Shown here piece by piece: positions 1-12,951 of a stretch of DNA of 64,000 nt. The stretch lies in contig OZ320317.1 in NCBI GenBank assembly GCA_976226885.1, positions 42,408,001 to 42,472,000 on the forward strand, in the 5' to 3' direction. Made by a program: the position numbers and the translations under genes. The stretch's first letter is position 1. Each line of letters starts with the position of its first letter. The DNA is from Iphione sp. A-MEVVRFRX5. Lineage: Eukaryota. Under the pieces are notes generated by a model. It had not been told where the DNA came from and did not search any database. It saw nothing but the letters and a program-made list of their open reading frames with translations.

Positions 1-2078
1 AGGCTTCTCGGTCAAGAAACACCAACCACGCTACAATGCCATGACCCGGCCATTCTATTGATACGCAGGTGGCCTTCAAGAATGTAGGATAGCAAAAGGT
101 TTCACTAATCTTACTAACAAGTCTTTCCCATATTGTAGCCACGGTGTAGCTCCATCCTTCTGTATTAAGCTTAATACAAAGCAAGCAATCTGAAGTACTG
201 ATGTGCCGGTAAGCAAGAAGGGTCTCCAAGGATAGAAACTTAGTTGAATAAGTAATTACTGCCACCTCGTACTTTGCTTACGGACCTCGCTGTAGACTTG
301 TCAAGGCTAACGGGAGATTTGTGGGCAATCAGAGGTCTGGCCACCTCTCATGATAACGTTCGAAGGTAGCTATTTATGGTTATTATAATTATAGCACAAT
401 AGTGTGGTATCAGGCCATCGAGCGGGTAGGTTTACATTTGCAACGGTCTGCCTTGTCATTGAACACTGCAACTACTACTGAGCTGGGTATCATTCCAAAG
501 TAAGCATATAAATACTTTAAGAGGGCAGCTTACGTTTTTCATATAATTTATGTACAATGAATATAACCATTGATAGCTTCGGGTCACAGTTTCAAACATA
601 ACGTAACTGATATATATCTACAGGTCTTGGTTCATACACTTATATTGTACTACAGCCTATGAGGAGTTGTGTTGGTTTTAACATCAAACAATAAATACCA
701 TCGAGTAACATGTAGCCAGAGCGCCTCATTAGGGTTATATTGTCCGAGAGGTACAGATATTATTGATTGATGGACAGCATGGAAATAAACGTAAGACAAC
801 ATTCACCTTAAATGCTTACATACACCAGATATTCCTCTGGTCCACCATCTTTGCTTGGTGGTAAGCTCAATCTAGTGATCTAGAGAATTTTCCTGTCCAT
901 CAGTCTCCCAGATCCTCATTCCACACATGTACAGCTGCCTGATATTGCCAACCATGCGGTTAAGAAAAACTTGCACGGTAATGGTGTTGTTGCCAAGGTA
1001 ACCGCCTTACCGAGGTCGAACGTGAGCAGCACATCATCCAGGGTTCTGATTGGTTGGCGCATCAGCCAATTCGTGTAATATTTACTGGGTTTTAGAGTAT
1101 CTGTGGGTAGTCCTTGACTTTTGATAATTTGTTGTCTTCTCTGGTCAAATATGGAATATTTTCGATTTTCGTGTCGCAAATAGGACATGTATATTTGTCT
1201 TACAAGTATGTATTCCCCGTGTTATGTAACGAATATCTAAATGCTTCTGCTGTTTTCACTAAACATGCTTAGTCCTTTTTATGTGACGTGTTATGATCAC
1301 ATTAAACATCCCACTGCCTTCTTGCTGAGGAAATTCAACCGCCAGCTGCACATTTCAAGGCAACAAGGAACTATAGCTGTGTTAATTGTCAAAAGATTTC
1401 AATTTCTTCGTTATCGTTAAGACACCGTATCATGTGCTACATTCCAGTAAACGTTATACCGTCCTAAGGTAATGCTTTCTTGCACGTGCCAGGAAATGGA
1501 GTGATATCCAATCTCTTTAGAATTTCCAAAATAACGAGCCATGAATAGCATGCCTGAAAAAATTGCGATGGACATGTTTAAAGATATTAAATGCAGTGGC
1601 TCAGGACCTTTGATAACGTTTCAAGACGTTATGATAGTATCTATGTTATATGCCCAATGAGGATGGGGAATGTGTCCGAACGTTGTTTTTAGGTTAGACT
1701 GAGAGCGGCTCTTTATACTGCGATCGACTATGAATTAACATCAACCAACCAAAACTGACTCCAACAAACACGGAAACTGTGCCATTAAAGTATGGCCCAT
1801 GCATCGGCCTGTTGCCGCAATCCCTCAATCCCACATCAGACAGATACACCACTTATCCACTGAGCCATCCATTTATCCAACTTACACCAAGGTTTTCCAC
1901 CACTTGCCATGATCGAAAGAAAAATTTTGGTCACACTAGGACGACAATTTGATTCTGAGGGAGCGCTCACACCGCAGGCAGATTTCTTACGGCTGGACCA
2001 AGATACTTAGCTGTCAGCCTGGGAATAGATATCTACCTGATTACACAGCCATGACACATCATCCACTTCTGGTTATCA

Positions 2079-2543
2079 TCATATAGCGTTGGGCTTGAGC
2101 GAGAGGCTCTTCATCTCCTCCTGCAGATCGGTCGTCGACCCTATCGACTCGTCATCGGCGCCAAAGCGGCCACTTGGTCGGCGGGAGCCAGGACCGGATG
2201 TTGGGGGTGGTACACTTCCGGGATCAGCTTGGTACGCCAGTGCCCCCATGAGGATTTTATCTGGAACTATACCCAGCGGTTTGACTTCCTTCATCAAGGT
2301 GGCGGCTGGGATGTGGATGAAGGGAATGACGTCCAGGAAAGGAGCGAAGACTTCTTCCAGTTCCTTTTCCGGGTTGTTGCTTACCTGTGCGCGGCTCCAC
2401 ACTAGAGCCGCGTTGAACTTAGTGGTTGCGCACGCATGGATGTCCTCTCGCGACAGCACGAGGGACAGCACGTGACGCGGGAGTTCTGTGAGCTGCTGCT
2501 GTACCAGGACGCTTTCGGCATTCTTGGCAATGAAATCCATCAC
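2079..2543 (-). CDS. gprs: gprs-like gene, last coding exon (BACK domain and short tail)
   Basis: Acceptor is ttttttattcgtcag|GTG. Encodes VMDFIAKNAESVL...TKFNAALVWS...HIPAATLMKEVKPLGIVP...ALAYQADP, compared with recalled gprs TKFQAALMWS...KIPANVLMREIHPLNLVP...ALAYQADP. Ends in TGA TGA TAA. Confidence 0.92.
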   Translation of the reverse strand: MMDFIAKNAESVLVQQQLTELPRHVLSLVLSREDIHACATTKFNAALVWSRAQVSNNPEKELEEVFAPFLDVIPFIHIPAATLMKEVKPLGIVPDKILMGALAYQADPGSVPPPTSGPGSRRPSGRFGADDESIGSTTDLQEEMKSLSLKPNAI

Positions 2544-4093
2544 CTGACGAATAAAAAATGTTACAGTCAGGTTATTCAAAATTGGTATATGCGGCAGGAA
2601 AACTAAATAAGGATATAAACATAGGATTTGCCTCGTATCTTTGCCTCTTCATAAATAGATTATCAGAAACATTTTGATGTAGGCTCTACTGATCCGTTCA
2701 CTTCGTTCCTTACTTTATCTAAATGCGGAAACTAACAACGTAATTCAGGACCAAGATAAATCAAATAGATCAGTTGAAAGAAGACATCAAAGGCAAAGAG
2801 GATGTTAGAGGTTTTTTTTCCTAGCGGAATTTTCTTTCAGAACTAAGTGGACAAAGGAGTACTTCAATATTCATAAATATGCCTATTCATAGCAAGAGTA
2901 TTGATGTGCTGATTTGTTACGGTCATCAGTAATTTCGTATGGTGATAGTATGCCAAAATGCCACTTCTCGACCACGAACATAAATCAGGGATGATTAATT
3001 TTCTACTTTATATGGAAACAAATCTGAAATTGGGAGAAAGAAGAGGAAAACTTCCTTTTGTTCATGCATATAGATGTCTTACATTGCAGCTTGGTGTGTG
3101 AATCTTGTGTAGAGGCACATCCAACTATACTTGGAGTGTAAATGCTTGATAAAAACAAATTAACACAACAAACAATGACAACGGAATGTCATAAGAACTA
3201 ATCCCTTTGCATCCGTTTGAAAATTTGTCAGAAACAGACACGTGTAAAGAGTCATAAGGAATAAGACAACGAGGAAGAAGAACCAGATGAAAGACCAAGA
3301 CAGGGTCAACCGTCCCCGTCCCTGTTCCAGCTCTCGCAGCGATCAAAAGACCTATCATGAGAGCAGCTACTGATAAAACAGATCCTCTTTGACAGAGACA
3401 CGCAAGACCGACCAATCATTTCAGACTGCTTTTACTGCGCATGCGCCGACAGCCGAGATCCGACCAATCGTTGCAGGTTTAATAAGAGGCCAAAGAAAAG
3501 GCAGGGGCCGATTATTAATAACTGAGTCTTTCGGTAGGGAGACCCACAGTATTCATTGAGGAAACAGGTGCTGATTGCAGACAGGACGGATGGGGGGGGG
3601 GGGGCAGAAATAAAATGGAACCTGGAATTTTGTCTGAAACAGGTAATCATCTTCTGGATGGGTTTTGGTAACGGTTAAATGATGCAGTATGAAAAAAGGC
3701 ATTGTTTTTTGTAATATTCTATTACCTCCACACTCAGAATGCGGTTCAAAGGGAGTTTTGCGTGGTGCCCCTATTAAACTCTGGGCCTCCCTGGCTGTCT
3801 CCATGTCGGTCTCTGTCTACCTGTGCATTTATCCTCTCAATTTATAGCTATGTACAAGAGAGGAAGTCGCATCAAAGAAATATAAATGATGATGCTTGGT
3901 GGACTCAATATAGCCTGTATCTTGGGGTCGGTTAACGCCGGCTGACCTAGGCCAGCCTATTTCGCCAAACTTCCCCTGGAACCAGCTGCACCTAATTCCG
4001 TATCATCATTGTAGCTACTAACGCCCATTCTAGATGTCTGTGCGAGGTAGAACTTGCTTGGAAGGGCAGAGAAAAATTAAAGCTTTCGCCATA

Positions 4094-4129
4094 TCTCTCT
4101 TTCTCTTTCTCTCTCTCTCTTTCTCTCTC

Positions 4130-4166
<37 letters not shown>
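4094..4166. repeat. Imperfect (CT)n microsatellite
   Basis: Directly visible. Confidence 0.95.
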
Positions 4167-4168
<2 letters not shown>

Positions 4169-4575
4169 AGCCTTTGTTAGGAGGTAAATATTCCCTGATT
4201 ATATTTTTTGAACCGGAGAGTTAAATCATCTGCCTATCACTCCATGTAGCTTGTCCTTTCCGTCAGTGTATCTATACCCTTTTCTATATCTGCAGCTTTG
4301 CTCATCTCTAATAAGTGTACCATTGTGGTCTTGTCTTCAACATTTATTTCAGGGGTCTTTTCCCACATTATAGCCATGCCACTAGCACAGCGTCGAATAT
4401 ATCAATAAAACATTCCTCAGTACCTATAATATATTGAACTGAAGAAGAGAACATTTCCCCAGTTACCAACTCGCTATGACATGGTGACCCAAGTTATGAT
4501 CGCGATGCAGAAGTTAAAACCTCTGGTTTAAATAAGCGTATATATTCAAGTGTGTATCCTTCCTCGTATTCCTAC

Positions 4576-4733
4576 CTTTTGTATATAAACCTTAGTAGTC
4601 TTGTAGTGAATATATTTTTCGGCTGAAAGCAGCAGGTCACACACAGTGTACACGTTGACACAGTGTCTCATGTAGTTGGAACACCCAAGGACCAACTCGT
4701 CCAGGCTGTACTGCTCAGCAGCATTAATTAAAC
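4576..4733 (-). CDS. gprs: gprs-like gene, BTB end / BACK start exon
   Basis: Encodes LINAAEQYSLDELVLGCSNYMRHCVNVYTVCDLLLSAEKYIHYKTTKVYIQK. Acceptor is ttttcag|GT and donor is AAG|GTAGG. Length 158 nt is 2 nt plus 52 codons, consistent with phases 1 and 0. Confidence 0.92.
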
Positions 4734-5963
4734 CTGAAAAAATGGCGTTATAATTCATATTAGACTATGTAACTACGATATATAGCATCACTACATGCAC
4801 AACACCGTTACAATATTTAATTGTAGTCATGCGGGCGGTATAGAGACTTTATTGCCATGGATTGCATAAGAAATATAGTGTTCAACTGTTCACGACCACT
4901 AAACTTGTTGACAGAGAATAGCTGGGTCTTAAAATAATTCACTCAAGATGGGCAGGCACTCTTCTATATGTGGAACTGAAAAAATGTTACTACTATCATG
5001 TCTACTCAGCAAATAATGTAACATTGCCACGATGTTGTGGCAACGTTGTGTTTTGATTGTGGTAGTGTTATTATATAACATTGTAGCAACATAAAAGGGT
5101 GAAGTTTTCTAAACATGTCTATAATGTTGTGGTGAATCATTTGGAAAAAATTCCTGACACCATGACAAAACTAAAATGTCACATGTGGGATTTTAGCCAA
5201 CTATTTCTAATAAAAAGTACAACATCTAACTCACTGAGCTATTTTGACTTCTTCTGAATTGTTATTGAAAATGTCTTACCTTCATTTTCTAATGTAACCA
5301 AACTACATTTTAGAAACATTATTAACTAAACCACAATATTCTTGGTCTGTTTCATCCTAATGTTACTTGAATATTATGATTTAACATTTATATGTTTTAT
5401 ATTTTTTAACTTAATTATACTACAGCATTCTATACATGTTATAATGTAATTCTATCTGAAAATTGTGACTTAACATTTATACAACATTGTGTGAAGGTAT
5501 TTTTCTCACAGAACAAAACTACAATGTTGTAGAAACGTTGTGTCCTAGCTGGGTATCATTCTTATGGGAGACCGGCAGAAGGAAAATGATGTCAACAAGT
5601 TTCTGAAAGGATTTTTAAAGTTCATAGATCCAAGAAGTTAGGCTCGAGCAAGAACGAGCTCCAAGGTCAGAGGGACAGCTTAATTGGCAGAGGACCAACC
5701 AGGGGGCGGTTCACAGAGCCCGTCGTAAGCATCCCCCCCCATAAGGAAAGCAGTAAGACTAGGGGTTTAGATTACGGGGTACCTCTGGCAACAGTTAAAG
5801 TAGTAGTAGCTACTTATGCCTGACCACCTTCCAGCATTTACCAAGGATTTCTAACATCAGAATTAATGCCAAGCAGTTGAGCTGAGAACAGGAATAAATA
5901 CCTGCTGACCCGTCCTGTCGCTGGTTACCTCTATATGAGTGACGGGTTTAGCAATGGAGTTGA

Positions 5964-6051
5964 GGTATGAGTCTAAGGTTTAGACACAATAGCCGAGGGG
6001 TTGGACGATAGTCCAACCCCGAGGCATGAGTGTCTAAACCAGACTCATACC
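5964..6051. repeat. 88-bp imperfect palindrome (mini-MITE-like hairpin)
   Basis: Three nested arm pairs: GGTATGAGTCT/AGACTCATACC, GGTTTAGACAC/GTGTCTAAACC and GGGGTTGGAC/GTCCAACCCC around a GATA loop. Confidence 0.85.
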
Positions 6052-7475
6052 AATATGAAGTCGTTAAACTTTGTTCTGATATGGTTTGGATTTAAATTCT
6101 TATACTAACCGTTTGCAGGGCTTATAATTCTCAAGAGTTCACTCTTTTGGAATATGTCGACCGCTATAAGGCATGTTGAATGAACAGAGTGCACATGTTT
6201 GACATAGTTTGACATAGGAACTCAGTGAAGAACAAAATGGCGGACTGGTATTGACTTCAGTTTATCATGTTAAGCTGTAGAGAAAATAGACCATTTCAAG
6301 TGAAACTAAGACAAAAATGATTGAAATACAAAAGAAACACACATGTCTGATGTGTCTAGAATAAATTTTGACTTATATTTAAATTTTTTCGAAGTGTTTC
6401 ACTTTAATTGTGTCTCCAGTGCGCATGCTTGACATAGTTTTTAAGGTCGCCAGCATCTTAACTTGTATCTGGGCCATGATTAGTCCCAGGTTTTAATACA
6501 TTTCTTAAACATTGAAAGTATAGGATAGTCACGGAGAACCACATTAGAACAGCAAATCACTCTGACTTTCGGGATTTAATCAGGCAGTACCATTTTCTCT
6601 TACATTGTGTATATGCTGTTGTCACAAACAGGATACGATGAATCGAAATCTGGCTAATGCCAAGTCACTCCCATCCAATTTTCAATCGACGTCCTAAATC
6701 AACAGTTTGCGTGCATGTTCTTGTAAACATTATTAGAATTTGTTTATACATTGTATTTGTAGTATCGACCAGACAGATTCGTGGCGACAGCTGCGGAGAT
6801 CAATACCGATCTACGTGCTGATCCATATTTGTATATGCAGACAGAACATATATGATGTAACAGTTGTGAATATGATAAATTCTGTAATTTGTTGCGTTAA
6901 CACGCAGGTGAAAACAATTAAAGTTAATAAAATATCCATGTTTATGTCCGCTGGTCATTTCATATAAGTATAAAATGCTTGTATTTCAAAAGTTCGTTCT
7001 TATTGCTCTTCAGAAGAGTACTTGTTTTAGCTTGCGTTTCGAGAGAATGGTATACTTTCTTGCCTTACCAGCTTTAATCATATCTAAAAAGACTTCGACC
7101 GAAGTTCTAAAAGATCTGATGGGATGTTTTAATATTTTTGACAAGATTAGATCGGAAATACCACAGGAATTTTAGAAACACTTGAAGCTCAGTTTAGACA
7201 GATTGGCTTTAGGTATCCCTTTGACAGGTTTCTCAGTTGGCAGCGTTACACTTTAATCTTAATAGAAATTCCTGAATGTTATTTATGGAGCTTTTATTTC
7301 ATAGTCTTTGTCACTGATGGTTCTTGGAAAACTTATTCCTGTTACTTTGATTCCTTAAAAATAAGCAGGATTTTGTTCACAGCCATTGTGTTAAATGTCG
7401 TCGGACCTTCATTATCATAAGTATTATTGTTTAGTTCAAGCAGAATAGTATAAATCAACTGACAACTACACCCAC

Positions 7476-7795
7476 CTATCAATGATCTTGGCTCCAAAGT
7501 CACGGTTCCTGTATGTAGATACTGTACCAGTTTCCTGAAGACTTCCGGTTCAAACTCCTCAATGACCACCTGGGCCACCTGGGCTCCCCCACCACCACCA
7601 CCTCCGCCACCTCCTCCGCTATTGAGTAGGGGCACGGGGGCATCACTTGTCAAGTGACCTGTATCTGAAGCTCTCCTGTTAAAGAGGCGCAGATTGCCGA
7701 GGCCGGACTTGATGTTGGGTGGTTTGACGTCACTTAACTTACGGTGAGGCTTCTTAGTGATGCAGCTCTGGGTCTGGATCAGTTTTTGAATTGAC
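7476..7795 (-). CDS. gprs: gprs-like gene, exon with BTB insertion (poly-Gly) and BTB C-terminal part
   Basis: Part of ORF 7342-7833: SIQKLIQ...GGGGGGGGGGGAQVAQVVIEEFEPEVFRKLVQYLHTGTVTLEPRSLIG, compared with recalled gprs LIIEEFEPDVFRQLIEYIHTGCVTLQPRTLLG. Acceptor is ctttcttcacaccag|G (phase 2) and donor is G|GTGGGT (phase 1). Length 320 nt fits the neighbouring phases. Confidence 0.9.
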
Positions 7796-8198
7796 CTGGT
7801 GTGAAGAAAGATGCATCTTATTGACTGTTTCATCTGTTCTGAAGATGAAATATACTATACAGTAGCAACTCAGATTAAGAACTGTCAGTGGGGGCATGAA
7901 TACGAAATACATTATAGTAACATCTCAGAACAATTTGGCCCGTATTGTGAATTGCCTGCTACATGAGCTGGTTATATTATAGGAAAAATGCCATTGAGAC
8001 CAGCCAAATGTGCCCCTAATTCTGCGTTGCCTTCCTAGTTAAGTTGCCTGAGGTGAATTGCTACTGTATCTTGAATTAACGGTCTCTTTACTTTGTGTTA
8101 ACCTTGAATGGAGGCAGATAGAGGGGAATTGGAGAGTATTACGACTGGGTGTGAATCCATGTAACATGTTGGCATTCCGTGTGCGTGTAAACGGATAA

Positions 8199-8552
8199 CC
8201 TATAAGGGCGGATGATGCCTTCAGGCATTCACAGGCAGAAGCCTGAGAATGCCTTCAGGCATTCCCAGGCAAAGGACGAATGACGCCTGCAAGCATTATG
8301 GATCAGGCTCCATTTTTTAAGAATTTCTGTAATTTTTGTGAATTTCTACAGAAAGGACACTTTTTCTTGTGTCAGATATACCAATTTTATTATTATTCAT
8401 GCTGAGAAATTATGCTCATTTCTACAGGTTTTATGCTACAGGCATGGATCTACATTATTACAAATACACCCCTCGCCCTCTAGGAAGTGGTCTGTGCAGG
8501 TTTCCTCGCCTTTTGGTCTGAGTATACCATAGCTGGTCCAGCCTTTAATGGG
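8199..8552 (+). mobile_element. Non-autonomous piggyBac-family MITE in a gprs-like intron
   Basis: Right end is ...GCCTTTAATGGG|TTAA; left end is a degraded ATAA|CCTATAAGGGCGG. The first ~69 nt align by eye at about two-thirds identity to the left end of the piggyBac at 38465, including three ATGCC-N4-GGCAT-like motifs 34 bp apart. Confidence 0.75.
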
Positions 8553-11500
8553 TTAAAAAGTGAAAGGGGAGCCCCAGTCATTATTGTATTTATGATCGCC
8601 TGAATCCCTCAGGCTTGATTTTAAAACAACCCCAGGGGATTCGGTAGCCCTTCCGCATATTTCTGAAAATATGACAAAATTTAAATTCGAAATCATGTTT
8701 GGTGTACCATATGACAAGTAGGCCTAGCATCAAAATCGTTGGCACCAGTTTGGACATAAGGACATTGAAGTAGGACCACTCGACAACCTGTGTGTACTAC
8801 TGCAAGCCACAGTTAAAAGGATGATTGAGTGGGTTATGAAAGTTTTAACTGGTCTCTATGCTACGCTACTGAAGAAAATCTTTTTTTTCTTTTTAGAGAG
8901 CCGGCTCGCGTCATGTACGCTGAGGATTTCTCCTGCTGAACGCAATTAATGATTGTTCATGCTACGCCGTATTATATCTTTTATGAATGGTCAAAAAGGT
9001 CACCATGTCGATGGATTATTACAACTAATCTACATCACTGTTTGTATAATACCCATGGGTCTTTATTCCTGTGGCACTGTTTCTACAAGAAGCATAGGCC
9101 TATTAATGTTATCCGGTTCGTGTAGAAATTTGACATCGAAGCAAATAGACACGTAAGCAGAAATTTCGATGCTTAAGGTGGGATGATTGGCTTTAGCTTT
9201 AGTGGCGGCATAGACATTTATTCAGAAAAAAATGAATTGATACTTTTCCATAAATCCACCCGGCATGTATATCGTCGCCATCAGATCACTACCGCCTGAC
9301 ACATCTAGGCAGCCATCTATGCTAGTCGGCTCCTCACATATGCCTGTGGCCCCCGGTTGCCATTCTCCCATAGTAAACCTTATATTCCGCAAGGCTAGGT
9401 GCGGTGACAGCTACTGTGACGGCTTGACAGCCGTCCTATATACATGTACGGTGAAACCAGGAAAGCTAAACAAGATGACAAAGCTGTCGACTCGCAGATG
9501 GCGCTGCGGTTTCCTGCCTGGCGGACAGATTGCGCCGCAGATAGTCACCGGCTGCCCGCCAGGGTTAGGCTCTCAATAGAGCAGTTCTATGATAAAACGC
9601 ACAGAGATTGTACGCCTAGAATCACTCAGAGGCAAACAGAAGCACACAAACACCAGAGAGATAGGCACCTAGGATATAGGGTAGGAATCAGACATAGATA
9701 CACATACATGTCCAAACAGACAAGGACATGTATATACAAAGATAAATATATTGAATGACTACACACTGACACACACATTAGGGGTAGAAACAACCAATTT
9801 AGGATTTATTCAACAAGAAAAAAAATCAGTCTGAATGACGTTTCTATCCCTAGCATTCCACTGAATACAAAATGCTACCTAGAAATGTCATTCGCGTTAC
9901 CCTGTTGGCTTGGCGAGGATATACAATCAAGTTCGCATCATATAAATATTAGAATAAACTGCTTATTTGGGATATATATAATTATACATATAATGTGTGT
10001 GTGGTGAACACTGTTCATGATCACTAGATTGCTATGAAATATTCTGGAAGCCATGTTCTACTCTCTGTACTTTGTCGGATCTGTCATATGGAGCTGCTAC
10101 CTTCTCAGATTGATGCTCTGATAGATATGCTCCAGATCAGTGATCCGGCAGTTATCTTCCTGGATCAGTGATTTGATATTTTGTACATGTATTGCACAAG
10201 AGTGATTCTGGAATGGACAAATATCGTTGAAATGTAGTCAGCGTTGTGGAAATAGCATAAACATATTGAAAACATGACCAAATGCATAGTACTTAACATG
10301 CCACCAAGAAACAAGGGTATAAAAGGAACAGGATTCAAGAAAAATGTATAGGCCTACATGTAACTGCACTTGTACTAATACTTTAGCCTATTACCTGTCA
10401 GTACCTTTCTTTTTGGAAACACCTGCTACTACATAAGGAGTTCATAATTGTTGCTGACTTGGACAAATACGCACTACAAAATATACAGTAATCAATGCCA
10501 GAGTTCTGCTTGCACGACATGCGATAACATCGAAGCAAAAGCTAGAGAAGGGTGCCTTGGGGAACTTCCTAGTCATAAAAAATAGACCCACACGCATACC
10601 CACGCAGATTATGCGCACATTAGGACATGATACACTCAAAGTTCTAGATGGTGGCCTGCGCTTCGCTTTTAGGGACCTCCTCTGTATGGTAGGGCATGAT
10701 GCCTGTGGCAACCGTCCTGCATACAAAGCCATGGATGACTGTTAATGATCGCTGTCATTATCCAATAACGGAGTGCCTTGGGGCATGGGAGGACACATCG
10801 TTTCATATGAACAAATGGTGGATATAACACAGAGACACACAAATACAGGTATTCCACAGACCGTTGAAAAGGCACAGATACAAAGACAAACAAATCCCAA
10901 GAGGCATGCATTTTTACACTCAAATAGACTCCAGCTAGTTACATTTTCTGCCATGTTAATACGGCAAGCTTGCCCTGAGTCTAATCTATTACTGAAAACT
11001 AGTTATATTTGGCCTCTCTCAGCTCAGTGTCTGTTCATCCGGACCTAAATATTTAACAAGCTATGACTGATGATTGCACTCAATAGTATAGTCGCTCTGT
11101 CAGTCATGAATGGGGGAGTATTATCTGTCCTCCCATCCGCCAGTGCAGTGTCCTTGTAGTAGGTATGTAGCATCGGGAGTCAAGTCACACTTCTGATTAG
11201 TCCATACTTTACAGACCTTTAACCCCCCCCCCCACCGCCCGAAAGGCCAGGAGGTCCCCCCAGAGACAAAAAAATTGATGAGCAGAAGTGAGAAAAATTG
11301 AGGAAAACTGAGGAAATCAGTTGATTTTGCATGAAATAAAACTTGCAAGGCTATTTCATTCCCAATTTTCCTATATAGTTTAAACTCTTTACGGACGCTT
11401 TAGTATATATGTATTCCCCCCCCCAAAAAAAAAAAACCTTATAAATCATGTTCGGAGATTGCCTGCGGAGCACGGGCTCCGTGCTCCAGAAAAAAACGAA

Positions 11501-12169
11501 CTCACTGACATGAACAGAGGGTATTCCATGCATACGGGCTCCGTGCTCCGTGCTCCATGTCTGGAGGTGGAAAACGAACCTGGGCCATACATTTAGCTCT
11601 TTTCTGGACTCCGGAGGGCTAAATGACGAGTAGGATGAGTCTTTCTTTCTCTCTCTCACACACATGCATGCACACACGCACGTACGCACGCACACACGCA
11701 TGGAAAGCACCTGTCCGGAGACACGGGAAAAGTGGCACAATTTCCGGACAGACTCCGTGTTCCGGAGACGTTTTCCGCGTACATGGAACGCCGACCTAAC
11801 CCTGATCTTACTTTACCTACAACGGATGGGAGAGGTGAGAGAAAGTCCTGACATCCTGAAGGAGGTGCGATCGTCACTCCCTTTGATATGCACTCAAACA
11901 TGGAAGAGGCGCGAGGATGTTCTGACGCTTCGATATGCTATTCTTTTGTTCATTTTCTTAATACACCCCTTACTAACTCAGTAGAGACGGAGGGAGGGGG
12001 GAATTGGTTTCAAAGTTAGACCCCATCCCCCTTCGGGGTTCGGACACTGTGGACACCCCCCAAAGGCGGTGTTGTGACACGTGCCTTACACTATTCAATG
12101 GACTGTTAGTGGTAAAGCGTAACAAATACGTCATCCCTACCATATTAACTGATTGTTTTAGACTTCTAT

Positions 12170-12336
12170 TACATTAAACATTCTAAACTCTTAACGCACT
12201 GCGTCTCCGTCCTATAACCTTATTATCTATCATATTAAACAGTCTTAACTCTTATAGCATTGCATCTCCTTTCTATATCCTTATCATCTCTCATATTAAA
12301 CAGTCGTAACTCTTTATAACACTGCGTCTCCTTTCG
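12170..12336. repeat. Tandem repeat, 61-bp period, about 2.7 copies
   Basis: ATTAAACA recurs at 12173, 12234 and 12295, followed by similar AACTCTT...CAYTGCRTCTCC text. Confidence 0.8.
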
Positions 12337-12585
12337 AGCTACGGGCCTGCAATACAGATTAGTTCTGAATAAAAATAATTAATCTATAGGTGTATGTTTC
12401 CAATCCAACAGAAACTACACTGCATTGAGAACTCATCGTCAGGCCAAGTAACATTGACAGAACACTTTCCGAATTAATTTAACTAACAGAGTTCCCCAAC
12501 CCCAGGCTCTAAACTTATTACCTGTTGCCCAGTCGTCAACGCGGAAGTGCTCACTTGTACATTGAACTTAGGTTATTTACAATTA

Positions 12586-12762
12586 CTGTCGAGTCTCTAT
12601 TTATGACCATATCATTTTGCAACCATTCTCTCTTTAAGACCACTTTAGTTGGGAGCAAAAATCTTAATTTCTATACATTTGATACTCTATTTAAGACCAA
12701 ATTTGCCTTTAAGACCATTTGAGCTTGGTCCCAAGTGGTGGTTGTAAATAGAGACTCTACTG
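12586..12762. mobile_element. TA-flanked Tc1/mariner-pogo type MITE (177 bp)
   Basis: Left end is TA|CTGTCGAGTCTCTATTTATGACCA and right end is TGGTTGTAAATAGAGACTCTACTG|TA, giving ~24-bp imperfect TIRs with a TA TSD. Confidence 0.8.
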
Positions 12763-12951
12763 TACACAAAAGTAAAGATACTCTATAACAAAATAATTAC
12801 TGAAACCGTTTGAGGTCTACATTGAGTATGTGTAGTTTACGTGAGTGAGTGCAAGTATGGTTTATCATGCTAGATGGACGCCTGACTAAGAATATCTAGC
12901 GTGGGGATTATCAAAAATTGAGCTTAATTTTTCATAGTCAAATTTACATAC

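Noticed and set aside
916-1188. 90-aa ORF and neighbouring frames
   Set aside because: No recognisable motif, and adjacent frames are full of stops.
2089-2475. 128-aa plus-strand ORF
   Set aside because: Antisense shadow of the gprs-like last exon.
10458-10745. Rhodanese-like look of MRTLGHDTLKVLDGG
   Set aside because: Only one short motif, with no splice or domain support. The opposite strand shows a VPQGT RT-like remnant, so a decayed LINE is at least as likely.
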